Notes under the pieces: model-generated | Told to the model about the DNA's origin: nothing | Databases searched by the model: none | The model's input: the letters and a program-made list of their open reading frames with translations, nothing else | NCBI GenBank assembly: GCA_963844035.1 | Contig: CAWJMT010000031.1 | Coordinates: forward strand, 64,001 to 128,000 | Length of the DNA stretch: 64,000 bases | Source: an uncultured Gemmatimonadales bacterium | GTDB lineage: Bacteria; Gemmatimonadota; Gemmatimonadetes; Gemmatimonadales; GWC2-71-9 | Direction: 5' to 3' | Part shown: in pieces, positions 1-9,854 of the stretch | How positions within the stretch are numbered: position 1 is the first letter of the stretch | Layout: each line of letters begins with the position of its first letter | Made by a program: the position numbers and the translations under genes

Positions 1-532
1 CTAGCCGGTCGGCAGGCTGGCGCTGCGACATGAGCGCCGGCGCGGTATGACCCCGCGTCCCGATGTCGAGCGTCATGGTGAGGGTGAGGTGGCCGGGAGT
101 GAACCCCAGACGGGCGTAGAACCCGATGTTCTCGACCGTGCGCGGCATGGTCTCGAGTCCCAGCGTCGTCACACCTTGATCCATCAGCCAGTCCGCGGCG
201 GCGCGCACGATCCGCTTGCCGATCCCGACGCCCTGCTGGTCGGGGCGCACCGCGAGCGGGCCCATCCACCCCTCGGCGCCCGAGCGGTGCGCGATGTTGA
301 ACGCGGCGATCTGGCCGGCGTCGTCACGCCACACCATGGCCCCGTCCCCCGCATCCTGCAGCGCATAGCGCCAGATCTGGGGATTGAGGTACGGGACGCG
401 CACGCCGACCAGCCCGTCGCGCCGGTAGCGGTCCGTGAACGCGTCCGCGAACACGCGGTTCAGGCCTTCGATATCGCGTTCCTGGGCGCGCTCCGGCCCG
501 GAGACGTGCCGCTCAGGCAGCCACGCCCGCAT
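1..532 (-). CDS. GNAT family N-acetyltransferase (3' end runs off the window)
   Basis: Manual translation, not in the ORF track: MRAWLPERHVSGPERA...GWMGPLAVRPDQQGVGIG...NIGFYARLGF. It has the GNAT acetyl-CoA motif A (QGxGIG) and the N...FY..LGF motif. The ATG at 532 overlaps the reconstructed sbcC end. Confidence 0.85.
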   Translation of the reverse strand, partial: MRAWLPERHVSGPERAQERDIEGLNRVFADAFTDRYRRDGLVGVRVPYLNPQIWRYALQDAGDGAMVWRDDAGQIAAFNIAHRSGAEGWMGPLAVRPDQQGVGIGKRIVRAAADWLMDQGVTTLGLETMPRTVENIGFYARLGFTPGHLTLTMTLDIGTRGHTAPALMSQRQPADRL

Positions 533-2941
533 CGGCAGCCCCCAGGGTAGCGGTATCGTCCCGGACCACGCTCGTGCCTCGGGCGGGGTCGAAGTCCACG
601 CGGATCACGCGATCGAGTCCCTCCCGTACCTGCTCGATGTGCGTGATGAGAATGACCTGCGGAAAGCGGTCGGCCAGGCGCCGCAGCAGCCGACGACGTG
701 CTGGCGGCGGCTCTCGTCGAGCGAGCCGAAGATCTCGTCCAGCACCAGCAGCGAGAGCGGCTGGCCGGCCCGCTCGGCGATCATCTGCGAGATCGCCAGG
801 CGCAGCACCAGGCTGGCCAGGTCCTCCTCGCCGCCCGAGATCACCGGCTTGGGAACGCCGTCGTCGAGAATGGTGACGTCGTAGTCCTCGTTCAGCTCCA
901 GCTCGTGGTAGCGGTCGTCGGTGAGATCGGCGAGAAAGCGCGACGCGATCTCGCTGATCTCGGGCCGCATCGCGGCGTTCAGGTCGGCGCGCAGGTCGGA
1001 GAGTCCGCGATCGAGCTCGTTGTGCAGCCGCTGCCGGGTCTTGAGGACGGCGATGTGGCGCTCCTGCGCGGCCCGCTCTTCCTCCCGGCGCCCGGCCTCG
1101 CGCACGTCGCTTTCCGCCCGCACCAGCTCGCCCCGCGCCTCCACCAGCGCCAGATCGGCCTCGCGCAGCGCGCCCAATGCCCGATCGTACGCGTCCTTGG
1201 CGAGGCGGTACTCCTTCTCGGAGTATCCCTCGGCCGCGAGCGCGTCCGCCAGCTGCTTCACGCGTCCCTCCGCCTCGGACAGGTCGCGCTCGGCCGCCTC
1301 CGCCTCGCTCACCAGGCTGCTGGCACGCGCCGCCCGCTCCTCCAACGACGCCGCTTCGAGCGCCACCGGCTCGAGCTTGAGGAGGCTGGCGCGCACCGCG
1401 TCGTGGTGGGCGACGTCGTACCCCGTGCGACGCGTCGCCTGCTGCCGCTCCACGGCGGCGGCGCGCTCGCGCGCCGTTTCCAGCTCGCGCCCGGCCCGCA
1501 CCCGCTCCTCGGCCCGCGCCCGCAGCTCGCCCGCGCGCTCACTCGCGCGCCGGCTCTCGTCGCGCAGGGCATCGCGCGCCGCCTCAGCCGCCACCACCGC
1601 GGGTGGCGCGCTCGCGAGCTGATCCAGGCGCTGACGGAAATACTTCCCGTCTTCCACGATCGCCTGCAGCTGGCGGTCGAGCACGCCGAGCACCGCGGCG
1701 TGCTCGTCGCCGAGCGGGCGGCGGCAGGTGGGACACTCACCCTGTGACCCGAGCTGTGCGATCTTGTCGCGCTGCTCCTTCACGTCGTCGTATTGCGTGA
1801 GCAGCTCGGTCCGCTTGGTCTGGGCGTACTCCTTCTCCCGAACCCACGCGGCGCGCTGCTCCTCCACGGCCCGCGCGGCGGCCTGCCGGCCCGCTTCCAG
1901 CTCGCGCGCCTCCTGCTCCGCCTGTGCCAGCGCCGCCTCCGCGTCGGCCAGCTCGCCGATGCGCTGTTCCAGGCGCTGCATGGTGCGCGCCAGCTCATCG
2001 AGCTGGGCCTGGTCCGCACGCCGCGCGGCATCGGCCTGTAACAGCAATTCGAGTTCGGCGAGCTCCGCCTTGAGGCGCGCGACGGGAGCCAGCTCCGCCT
2101 CGAGCTCTTTCAGCTGGTCGCGGGCGCGCATCGCATCGGCCATCTCTTTGTCGAGCCGTTGAAATTCGTGGCGGCGGGCCAACACCCCGTGTTCCGCCAT
2201 GCGGCGCTCGCCGTCCAGGGACAGCGTCCGCTCGCGCCGCGCCACCCAGGCGTTCCAGAGCGGCTCCTCGCGCGCGCACGATTGCTGGGCGGCGTCCCGG
2301 ACCGCGCCCGCCTGCTTGGCCGCGCGGCGCGTGGCCGCCAGGCGTTCTTCCGCGCCGCGGCGCTGCTGGGCGAGCGCCTGCGGGTCGGGCAGCGCGGTCT
2401 CGAGCCCCCGCAGCTCGGCGGTGAGCGCGTTGCGTACCTCGCGCACCCGCTCCTGCGCGATCCGCAGGCGTTCGTACCCGAGCACCTGCGAGAGGAATGC
2501 GGCACGCTCGGTCTTGCCGAGCGACGCCATCACCGCCAGCTCCTTCTGTCCGGTGAAGTACGTGTTGAAGAACTCCGCGTGCGTCATGCCCAGCGTGCGC
2601 TCGAGCTTCTCCGTTACCGCCTTGAGCGAGTTCGCGACGGGCTGGCCGTCCTGGTACAGGACGGCGTTCGAGAGCCCGCGCGTCACGCGGTACTCGTGCG
2701 CGCCGAGGCGGAACTCGAGCTCCACCTCCACGCTCGCGCGGCCTTTCGCTCCGAGCCGGCGCACCGAGTCTTTGTCGCCCCGCACGGCCTGGAGCCCGTA
2801 GATGGCCCAGGCGATCGCTTCCAGGATGGTCGTCTTGCCCGAGCCGTTGGGTCCGAAAATCCCGGTGATCCCCGGCCCGAACTCGATCTCGGTATCGGCG
2901 TGCTGCCGGAAGTTGGTCAGATGGAGGCGGCGCAGCTCCAT
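513..2941 (-). CDS. sbcC: SbcC/Rad50-like SMC-family ATPase (~800 aa; frameshift near 690)
   Basis: Walker A GPNGSGKT, long coiled coils, central zinc hook CPTC, signature ISGGE, Walker B LLVLDE with D-loop GSLD. The H-loop (VILITH) and the true stop (TGA at 513-515) are in a shifted frame. Confidence 0.92.
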
Positions 2942-4113
2942 CAGCTCGGCTCCTCCCGCCCCGCCTGCTCTACGTACTCGACCCCCAGCCGCACGAATTC
3001 CGCGCGATCGAGATCGGCGTCGAGGGGGCGACGCTCCAGGAAGTCGTGCACCGTCTCGGGGAGGGTCTGGCGCTGGCCGGAACCGCCCGTGGCCGCGACG
3101 CGATGCACCGCAGGGCGGCGGAGATCGAGATGGAAGTGCAGCGCGCGGGACTTGAACCCGCGGATGGCGGCGTGGTCCAGCTCGCGCGCCGTCGACCGCG
3201 AGACGTCGAACACGAGGAGCCGGACAACTTGATCGTCGATCGCGGGCTTCGCGGCGGCGACGGCGGCGGCGATGCGCTGGTCCAGCTCCTTGGGAGTGAG
3301 TCCCTTCCCCTGGATCGGGGGGAGGTCTACATGACGGCGCACCGGCGCAATCGGCCGGACGGTCACTCTGGCTCCCGGTAGCTCCACCAGCAGATAGCCT
3401 TTGCCGATGCGCCCCTTCTCTTCCTCATCCTGCAGCTGGCCCCAGGGGTTGGGCGGAAGGTACTCGAGGGTTCCCGAATACCAGGCGTTCGCTGCCACCT
3501 GCTGGACCTCGTGGTAATGACCGAGCGCCACATAGTCCCACTGCGCCGGAGCGAGATCCTGCAGATCGATCGGTGCGCCCCCGTATTCGGCTGTGCCGCG
3601 AGTCTCTCCAACCCCGGGGAGCTGCGCGTGAACGACGAGGACGTTGCGCGTCGTTCCCCGCTGGGGGCGCAGGGACGGACGCTCCGCCTGCATCAACGCC
3701 TGATGCGGCACTGCGAGCACCGCACAATCGAGCTTGGGGTAGGTCAGCCGTCGCGCCTGGTCCACGACGACTTCCACGCCGAGCGCTTCGTACAAGCGCA
3801 GGATCGTGCCTGTCTCGACCGAGCGCGGCGTGTCGTGGTTGCCCGCGATCATGACGACGGGCGCATCCGGCAAATCCGCGCGCAGGCGCTGCAGCTGTTG
3901 AAACAGAAACAGGATCGCGGAATTGGTGGGCCGGACGGAGTGAAAGATGTCGCCCGCCAGGACGATCAAGTCGGGACGCTGGGCGATGAGGTCGTCCACC
4001 GCGCGCCGGAATGCCTCCGCGATGTCGGCCTCGCGCTGGTTACTCCCCCGTGGCGTCTGCCGCTCGTACTGGCGGAACCCGAGGTGCAGATCGGCGAGGT
4101 GGGCGAGCTTCAC
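2941..4113 (-). CDS. sbcD: SbcD/Mre11 metallophosphoesterase nuclease
   Basis: Motifs DLHLG, AGDIFH, AGNHD and ALGHYH; its stop abuts the sbcC start. Confidence 0.92.
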   Translation of the reverse strand: MKLAHLADLHLGFRQYERQTPRGSNQREADIAEAFRRAVDDLIAQRPDLIVLAGDIFHSVRPTNSAILFLFQQLQRLRADLPDAPVVMIAGNHDTPRSVETGTILRLYEALGVEVVVDQARRLTYPKLDCAVLAVPHQALMQAERPSLRPQRGTTRNVLVVHAQLPGVGETRGTAEYGGAPIDLQDLAPAQWDYVALGHYHEVQQVAANAWYSGTLEYLPPNPWGQLQDEEEKGRIGKGYLLVELPGARVTVRPIAPVRRHVDLPPIQGKGLTPKELDQRIAAAVAAAKPAIDDQVVRLLVFDVSRSTARELDHAAIRGFKSRALHFHLDLRRPAVHRVAATGGSGQRQTLPETVHDFLERRPLDADLDRAEFVRLGVEYVEQAGREEPS

Positions 4114-4117
4114 CCGC

Positions 4118-5009
4118 TCACTTCGCCTCGCGCAGCTCGAGCGTGGTCGACTGCTTCGCGGTCACGGTCGTTCCGTCCGCCATGCCCCCCCGGATGTGGA
4201 TGCGCACGGTCCCGCTCCTCGACGAGCGCAGCACGGCACCCCGGCGCACGGAGAACCGCTGTTCCCCGGTCAGGCGTCCTGACAACTTGAGGGTGAGGAC
4301 ATGACCCTCCTGCATGACCTTGATCGGGTCGCTGGGGAACGTGGTCTCGAGTGCGACCCGCAGCGTGGTGTCGAGCTCGCTGGCTTCGATGTCCTTCACT
4401 GTGAGTTTCGTCTTCGCCTTCAAGGGGCTGCCGCCGGTCATCTCCCCGAGTGGCGCCTCGACCTCCACGGTCCACGAGTCCCCAACGCCGACGGCTCGGG
4501 TGGGCAGGGGGAACGCCGCCTCCTTCAGACTCTTGCCGAACTGCTGGGCGAGGGGCGAGGGCTGCGCGCCGGCGTTGAGCAACTCCGCCCGCACGACAGT
4601 CATGCTGGAATCGTACACCACGGCGCTCGTGAGCCCCACGATGTTGTTGAGGGCTCGCCGAGCCGGATTCGCCGCCATCAGGGGCGAGTCCAGACGGGTG
4701 GAATCCACCCTGGCGGTGACTGCGATGCCCCCTGTGGTCGGGCCATTCACCGTCTGGGTGAATTGCATGTGCATCGCCATCTGCTGCTCGGGTATCTTCG
4801 CGGTCGAGTCCCCTTCGAACGTGATGTCGAAATACTGATCCAGGTTGTAATGATAGACTGCCCCCGCCGGCGGGTGGTACGTCAGGGTCACCTTGGTCGC
4901 GTCGCCGCCGCCGCACCCCACTGGCAGCCGCGAGGGCCGGAAGGATGGCGGCGAAGAGCAGCCAGCGCGACGCGAGCGTGGAGCGGTCCCTCAGATCAGT
5001 ACGGGTCAT
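4118..5009 (-). CDS. Exported protein or lipoprotein of unknown function (frameshift near 4925)
   Basis: The ATG at 5009 overlaps the herA end and gives a signal-like N-terminus (SRWLLFAAILPALAAA). This joins ..GCGGGDATKVTLTY.. in the 4118-4921 frame, a beta-rich body. Confidence 0.65.
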
Positions 5010-6957
5010 CGCCGATCGGATTGAGCGGCGGCACGGCCTCGCGCGGCCGGTCGGGCGCCGCGGCGGCCACCCGCTGTCCCAGGGCGCGCCGGAACACACC
5101 GAGCGGATCGTCGGAGCGCGCCCGCCGGGTCGAGGCGAGCGCGCGGCGGACGTCGTCGGGCGTACGGTCCGCGATCAGGTCCTTGATCTGGTTCGGCCGC
5201 GCCCGGGAATCGAGCCGCACGAGCTGGCGCACCACGGCGTCCTCGAACGGCAGGTCGGTGGCCGGCGGAAACCGCTCCACGCCGTCCCGGCCGCGCAGCA
5301 CCGCGGGCCGCGGAAACCGCACGAAGATCGGCTGCGTGAAATGGGGATGGCGCACCATCAGCTCACCCACGGGGAGCGTGGCCAGCTTGATCTTGATCGC
5401 GGGTGACAGCACCTGGTATCCCGGCGTGGCCAGCTCGTCGTAGTCCATCCGGCCGTACACGGTCGTCGCGGCGTTGCCGACCACGCGGCGGTGGATTTGC
5501 GAGCGGAATTGCTCGGCGCCGAAGAGCACGAGGCCAAGGTAACGTCCGCGCTCAGAGATATCGAGCAACATCTTTTTCACGTACGTCTCCGGTCCGTCCG
5601 CCGATGCGTACTTGTTGAGCTCGTCCACAAACACCACCACCGCATCGACTCCCAGGTCGCGCCGCTCGAGGTGCTCGCGCAGTTTGGAGACGACGCGCGC
5701 AAACACGAGGTCCTGGCCGAGCAGATCCACGTTCGCCACGTCCACCACGTACACGGTGCGGTCCTCGAGCGAGCCCCAAGGCAGATCGTTCGACGGCCCG
5801 TCGTCGGCAACGAGACCCTTGCAACGCGTCGAGATGTTCGAGAGGCGGTTCCGCACCTTGCGGATCGTCGCGATATGGTGGGTGCGCCACATGTCGCCGC
5901 GCCCCGCCGACTCGAGCCCGTCGAAGATGGCGCGAAACAGCGCGTCGAGATCGGCGAACGTCTGCACCCGGTGGGTGCCGCCGAAGCCGTCGGCGAAGTC
6001 CTTGTTGAGCACGCGGTCGGAGAGAAAGTCGATGAACGCGTCGGCCTTCGCGTCGATGTCGTCTCGATTCAACAGCACTTCGGCAAAATCGAGCACTTCC
6101 TGGAGGCCCCACACCAGCGGCTCGACATCACCCACCAGCTCGGGGTGGGTGCGCAGCGTATTGAGGTTCACGCCGTCGGCCTTGAAGGGCGCGTAGTAGC
6201 GCACGCCGGCAAACGGCTGTGGCGCGATGCCGAGCCGTTCGTAGCGGCGCCGATCGGCATCGTCGAGGCTGCCCGGCTGGTCGAGAAAACAGAGGTCGGG
6301 CCCTTTGACGTTGAAACAGACCGCGGCGACCTTGCCCTTGTGCGCCGGGAAGTGCTGAAAGATGGAAGAGAGCAGGAACTCGACCGCACTCGTCTTGGTC
6401 GCGAGCCCCGACACACCGGAGATGTTCAGGTGCGCCGCTTCGGGACCGAGCAGGAAGTCCGCATCGAGATAAACGGGAGCCTCGAGCCCCCCGGATGTGT
6501 AGAGGCCGAGCGGAATCCCGGTGGGCGTGGCGGAGGTGAGATACGCGTCCATGCGGAGCGCTTGCGCGACGTCTGCGTCCGTCGCCACGAACACCTGCCC
6601 CAGCGGCACGGGTTGCAGCGGCTCTTCCGGCTGCTGGCGCAGCACCGCGGCGGTCCACAGGCGGATTTCCTGGCGCATCGTGGGATTCTCGGCAGCGCGG
6701 GCGGGGTCCCCCTCCGCGCCGATCACGTCGTGCAGCGGGGTCGCCAGATCCGAATACGCGAACCCGTCAGTCACCACACCGTGCACCACACGTTCCCCGT
6801 TGCCCGTTCCCCGTTCCCCGTCTTCGACGCGGACGATGGCCCCGATGCCGATCGTGGTCTCGGTCGCGGTCCAGAAATGGAATTGATGCGGCGTGGCGGG
6901 CTTGAGCTCGGTTGCCACGACGCGGCCGATCGGGACGGCACTGCTGCGCTGGATCAC
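4996..6957 (-). CDS. herA: HerA-family hexameric ATPase/DNA translocase
   Basis: N-terminal HAS-barrel-like region, variant Walker A HLNISGVSGLATKTS, Walker B VVFVDE, arginine-finger region ERGRYLG, and A-E-Q motif; directly follows a NurA-like gene. Confidence 0.88.
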   Translation of the reverse strand: MIQRSSAVPIGRVVATELKPATPHQFHFWTATETTIGIGAIVRVEDGERGTGNGERVVHGVVTDGFAYSDLATPLHDVIGAEGDPARAAENPTMRQEIRLWTAAVLRQQPEEPLQPVPLGQVFVATDADVAQALRMDAYLTSATPTGIPLGLYTSGGLEAPVYLDADFLLGPEAAHLNISGVSGLATKTSAVEFLLSSIFQHFPAHKGKVAAVCFNVKGPDLCFLDQPGSLDDADRRRYERLGIAPQPFAGVRYYAPFKADGVNLNTLRTHPELVGDVEPLVWGLQEVLDFAEVLLNRDDIDAKADAFIDFLSDRVLNKDFADGFGGTHRVQTFADLDALFRAIFDGLESAGRGDMWRTHHIATIRKVRNRLSNISTRCKGLVADDGPSNDLPWGSLEDRTVYVVDVANVDLLGQDLVFARVVSKLREHLERRDLGVDAVVVFVDELNKYASADGPETYVKKMLLDISERGRYLGLVLFGAEQFRSQIHRRVVGNAATTVYGRMDYDELATPGYQVLSPAIKIKLATLPVGELMVRHPHFTQPIFVRFPRPAVLRGRDGVERFPPATDLPFEDAVVRQLVRLDSRARPNQIKDLIADRTPDDVRRALASTRRARSDDPLGVFRRALGQRVAAAAPDRPREAVPPLNPIGDDPY

Positions 6958-7958
6958 GTGCCCGTCTTCGGAAGGCGGGAGGTGGACCGCGGGAGCAGAT
7001 CCCGGGGGGCGCGGGTCTTCAGATACGTCTCCACATCATGAATGGGGTAAAGTAGCCGGTCCCAGCGCGGGTCGGGGGTGGAGATCGGCGCGCGCTCGCG
7101 CACCAGCCAGCCGCTCGCCCGGGACGCGGCGGCCACGCCCTCGTCGCGCGCGCACGCTTCGATCCGCAGCAGGCCGAAGAGCAGGTCATTCCCTTCCCAC
7201 GGCCACAGCCGCAGGTACCAGGAGAAGACCTGGTGCCGCGCCCGGCCGCGCGGCCGAAACACGCTCGTGCGGTGCAGCGCCGGAAGGGTGAGCGCGCGGG
7301 TCAGATCGTCGCCCTCGAAGTACTGCGCTCCGTGGCTCTTGATCACACCGAGCGCGCGGGGGTGATCGGCCAGGACGGCGGACTCGGAGAGCACGCCATC
7401 CACCACCAGCCACTCTTCCGGCGCGAGCGAGCGCACGTGCCGCTCGCCCACGCTCTTCTCGACGGCGACGCGGATGTTCTCGACCGCGCGCCGCGCCGCT
7501 TCGAGGGCGCGTCCCGGTTGCGCCGCCTCCTCCGCAACATCCACCAGCTCGATCCCGCTGGCGTCGAGCGCGGCCCGCACGCCGGGGCGCAGCGCCTGGA
7601 GTGAGGCGACGTGGAATTCGCGCGTCGCTTCCACCACGGTGCGGAGCCGCCGTCCGGCGGCGCGGCGCCGCACCGCTGCGGCCACGTGGGCCCGCACGAT
7701 CGGCACGACGCCGTCGTAGTAGGTCACCTTCCAGCGCTGGATACCGTCGAGGAACGACACGACCGGAGGAGGCGATGCCGCCGTGTCGACGGCGTGCACC
7801 CGGAGCTCGGCGTCCTCCACCAGCTCGGCCCCCGCGACCTCTGTCAGATCGGTCCGCCCCAGGCTCTCGTCCGGGACGTGCGACGCCGGCACCGCACCCG
7901 CCGCCACTAACGCGTCGGTCCAGCGCGCGGCCAGGGTCAGCGGGTCCTCAGGGCCCAA
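6954..7958 (-). CDS. nurA: NurA-family 5'-3' nuclease
   Basis: Acidic motifs FLDGIQR and VVDG plus GVIKSH, SWYLRL and C-terminal YPIHDVE; 4-bp overlap with herA. Start position uncertain. Confidence 0.75.
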   Translation of the reverse strand: MGPEDPLTLAARWTDALVAAGAVPASHVPDESLGRTDLTEVAGAELVEDAELRVHAVDTAASPPPVVSFLDGIQRWKVTYYDGVVPIVRAHVAAAVRRRAAGRRLRTVVEATREFHVASLQALRPGVRAALDASGIELVDVAEEAAQPGRALEAARRAVENIRVAVEKSVGERHVRSLAPEEWLVVDGVLSESAVLADHPRALGVIKSHGAQYFEGDDLTRALTLPALHRTSVFRPRGRARHQVFSWYLRLWPWEGNDLLFGLLRIEACARDEGVAAASRASGWLVRERAPISTPDPRWDRLLYPIHDVETYLKTRAPRDLLPRSTSRLPKTGT

Positions 7959-8665
7959 CCGATGTAGGTGACCGTCGTGTCGTCGATGAGGGATCGACTG
8001 CCGTCGCCCGCGCGCCCCACCCCGCTCATCTCCTGCACCACCATGCCGTGACGCGCGAGCTGTTCGGTCAGATCGGCGGGCGGGATGAAGCGGGCGAAAT
8101 CATGGAAACCCTCGGGCATGGTGTGCTCCACGTATTCCTCTTCCCAGATCAGCCGCAGGAACGCGGCGATCGTGCGGTTGTGCGTCAGGAAGCCGAGTCC
8201 GCCCCCGGGGGCCAGCACCGTGGCGATGGCGGCCAGGGTGCGGTCCAGGTTGTCCACGTGCTCCAGCACGTCCACGGCGAAGACGAGGTCGAAGGTGCCT
8301 TCGATCCCCGTGCCCGTCAGGTCCTCGCCGGTACCCCGGTAGTATTCGATCGACAGTCCGGTCTGTGCGGCGTGGTCCCGCGCGGCCGCCAGCGATTTCT
8401 CCGACGGGTCGACCCCGGTCACCACCGCGCCTTCGCGGGCGAGGGCCTCCGACAAGATCCCGCCGCCGCAGCCGACATCCAAGACCCGTTTACCGCCGAA
8501 CCCGCCGAAGGCGTGGCGAAAGTACTCCACGCGGATGGCATTGAGCTGATGCAGTCCCGCGAACGGGCCCTCGCTGCTCCACCATACGCCGGGCGTGCGC
8601 TCCACCAGCCGCTCGTACTTGGCCGCCTCCGGGAGCCCGCCCAACCGCGGTAGGGGATCGCTCAT
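7937..8665 (-). CDS. UbiG-like class I SAM-dependent O-methyltransferase
   Basis: WW..EGPFAGLHQLNAIR, VLDVGCGGGILSEALA and FDLV..DVLEHV motifs are typical of the UbiG family; substrate uncertain. Confidence 0.8.
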   Translation of the reverse strand: MSDPLPRLGGLPEAAKYERLVERTPGVWWSSEGPFAGLHQLNAIRVEYFRHAFGGFGGKRVLDVGCGGGILSEALAREGAVVTGVDPSEKSLAAARDHAAQTGLSIEYYRGTGEDLTGTGIEGTFDLVFAVDVLEHVDNLDRTLAAIATVLAPGGGLGFLTHNRTIAAFLRLIWEEEYVEHTMPEGFHDFARFIPPADLTEQLARHGMVVQEMSGVGRAGDGSRSLIDDTTVTYIGWALRTR

Positions 8666-9294
8666 GAGCCCACCTTCACCGCGACCACCACGCCGTCACG
8701 GATCGGCACGACGGACGAAACGAGCCGCGGGTCGGAGGCGGCGAGCAGGTTGAACGCGCGGACACCCGCCGTGTCGGGAGACTGGTCCGCGGGATCCACC
8801 ACGGCGCCGTGGAAAAACGCGTTGTCGCACAACAGCAGTCCGCCGGCGCGCAGCAGCTTGAGGCTCCACTCGAAATACTGAGGAAGGTTCGCCTTGTCGG
8901 CATCCAGGAAAATGGCGTCGAATCCGGGCTTTAGCGTGGGCAGCACGTCGAGCGCCGCCCCTTCGAGCACCTGGACCTGCGCGCTCAACCCGGCCTCAGC
9001 GAACGCCTGGCGGGCGAGCGATGCGTGGCGCGGGTCTTTCTCGATGGTGGTCAGGCGGCCGCCCGCCGGTAGCGCGCGTGCCAGCCAGACGCCGCTGTAC
9101 CCGGCAAGCGATCCGACTTCGAGCACCGTGGTCGCCCGCACGGCGCGCAGCAGCACGTGCAGCAGTTTGCCTTCGTCCGCGGAGATGTGAATCGGGGGGA
9201 GCTTGAGCCCGGCCTGGCGCGCGCGGATGGTGGTGAGAATCGCGTCTTCGACGGCAAACAGCTCGGTGGCGTAGCGCTCGAGCCGTTCGTCCAC
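8662..9294 (-). CDS. Cation-dependent O-methyltransferase (Methyltransf_3/COMT-like)
   Basis: VLEVGSLAGYS, FDAIFLDADK and GGLLLCDN motifs. Confidence 0.88.
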   Translation of the reverse strand: MDERLERYATELFAVEDAILTTIRARQAGLKLPPIHISADEGKLLHVLLRAVRATTVLEVGSLAGYSGVWLARALPAGGRLTTIEKDPRHASLARQAFAEAGLSAQVQVLEGAALDVLPTLKPGFDAIFLDADKANLPQYFEWSLKLLRAGGLLLCDNAFFHGAVVDPADQSPDTAGVRAFNLLAASDPRLVSSVVPIRDGVVVAVKVGS

Positions 9295-9296
9295 GT

Positions 9297-9812
9297 TCAG
9301 GCGGTGGCCTCAAGGTTGGGGAATGGCGGCACCTCCGCGAGCCACAGCCCGGCGATGCGGGCCTGTTTGTCGACTTCGACCAGGAGGTGGTCGGCCACCC
9401 GTACGACGCTGACCGGACGCGGGCGCCCGAACCGCAGGTGGAAGACGGTTTCGCCGGCGTTCTTCTCGACCGTGAGCGCCGTGTCCACCTCGACGGCCGC
9501 CACGCCGGGCTGCGATTTGCGGCTGGGGAACACCACGCGGCCGTCCTTCGCGGCGGCGGGCGTCGCCAGGTCGGGCATGGTCCGCACCTCGTCGGGCCAG
9601 GCCACCACATCCACGCCGCGCAAGCTGCCGCCCGCGACGTCGATGACCACGAACGAGCCGTCGGCGCCCGACAGGTCCACGGTGCCGTTGAGCCCCTTGG
9701 TGGTCGCGCCACCCTTGCAGGCGACCGAGAGGATGTCGGTTTCCGGGTCCCAGCGGTAGGTCACCTTGGGAAGGGCTCCGGACAGTGGCTCAATGCGCGC
9801 TTCGAGGTTCAT
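9297..9812 (-). CDS. Hypothetical protein with two DUF2283-like repeats
   Basis: MNLEARIEP... in the 9297-10919 frame; YRWDPETDILSV...VVIDV and ...VADHLLVEVDKQARIAGLWL. Confidence 0.65.
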   Translation of the reverse strand: MNLEARIEPLSGALPKVTYRWDPETDILSVACKGGATTKGLNGTVDLSGADGSFVVIDVAGGSLRGVDVVAWPDEVRTMPDLATPAAAKDGRVVFPSRKSQPGVAAVEVDTALTVEKNAGETVFHLRFGRPRPVSVVRVADHLLVEVDKQARIAGLWLAEVPPFPNLEATA

Positions 9813-9854
9813 ATAAGGGGCGGGTAATATAGCGCCAGACTCGGGAGGAGCGCG

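Noticed and set aside
513..6957. SMC plus HerA as a known defence system (Wadjet, Lamassu, Sir2-HerA)
   Set aside because: There is no kleisin/JetD, Sir2 or Lamassu effector. The zinc hook, the adjacent Mre11 and NurA point to the resection-type cluster.
7937..8665. Assigning the symbol ubiG (ubiquinone biosynthesis)
   Set aside because: Family motifs are present, but there is no ubi context and the substrate cannot be determined from sequence.
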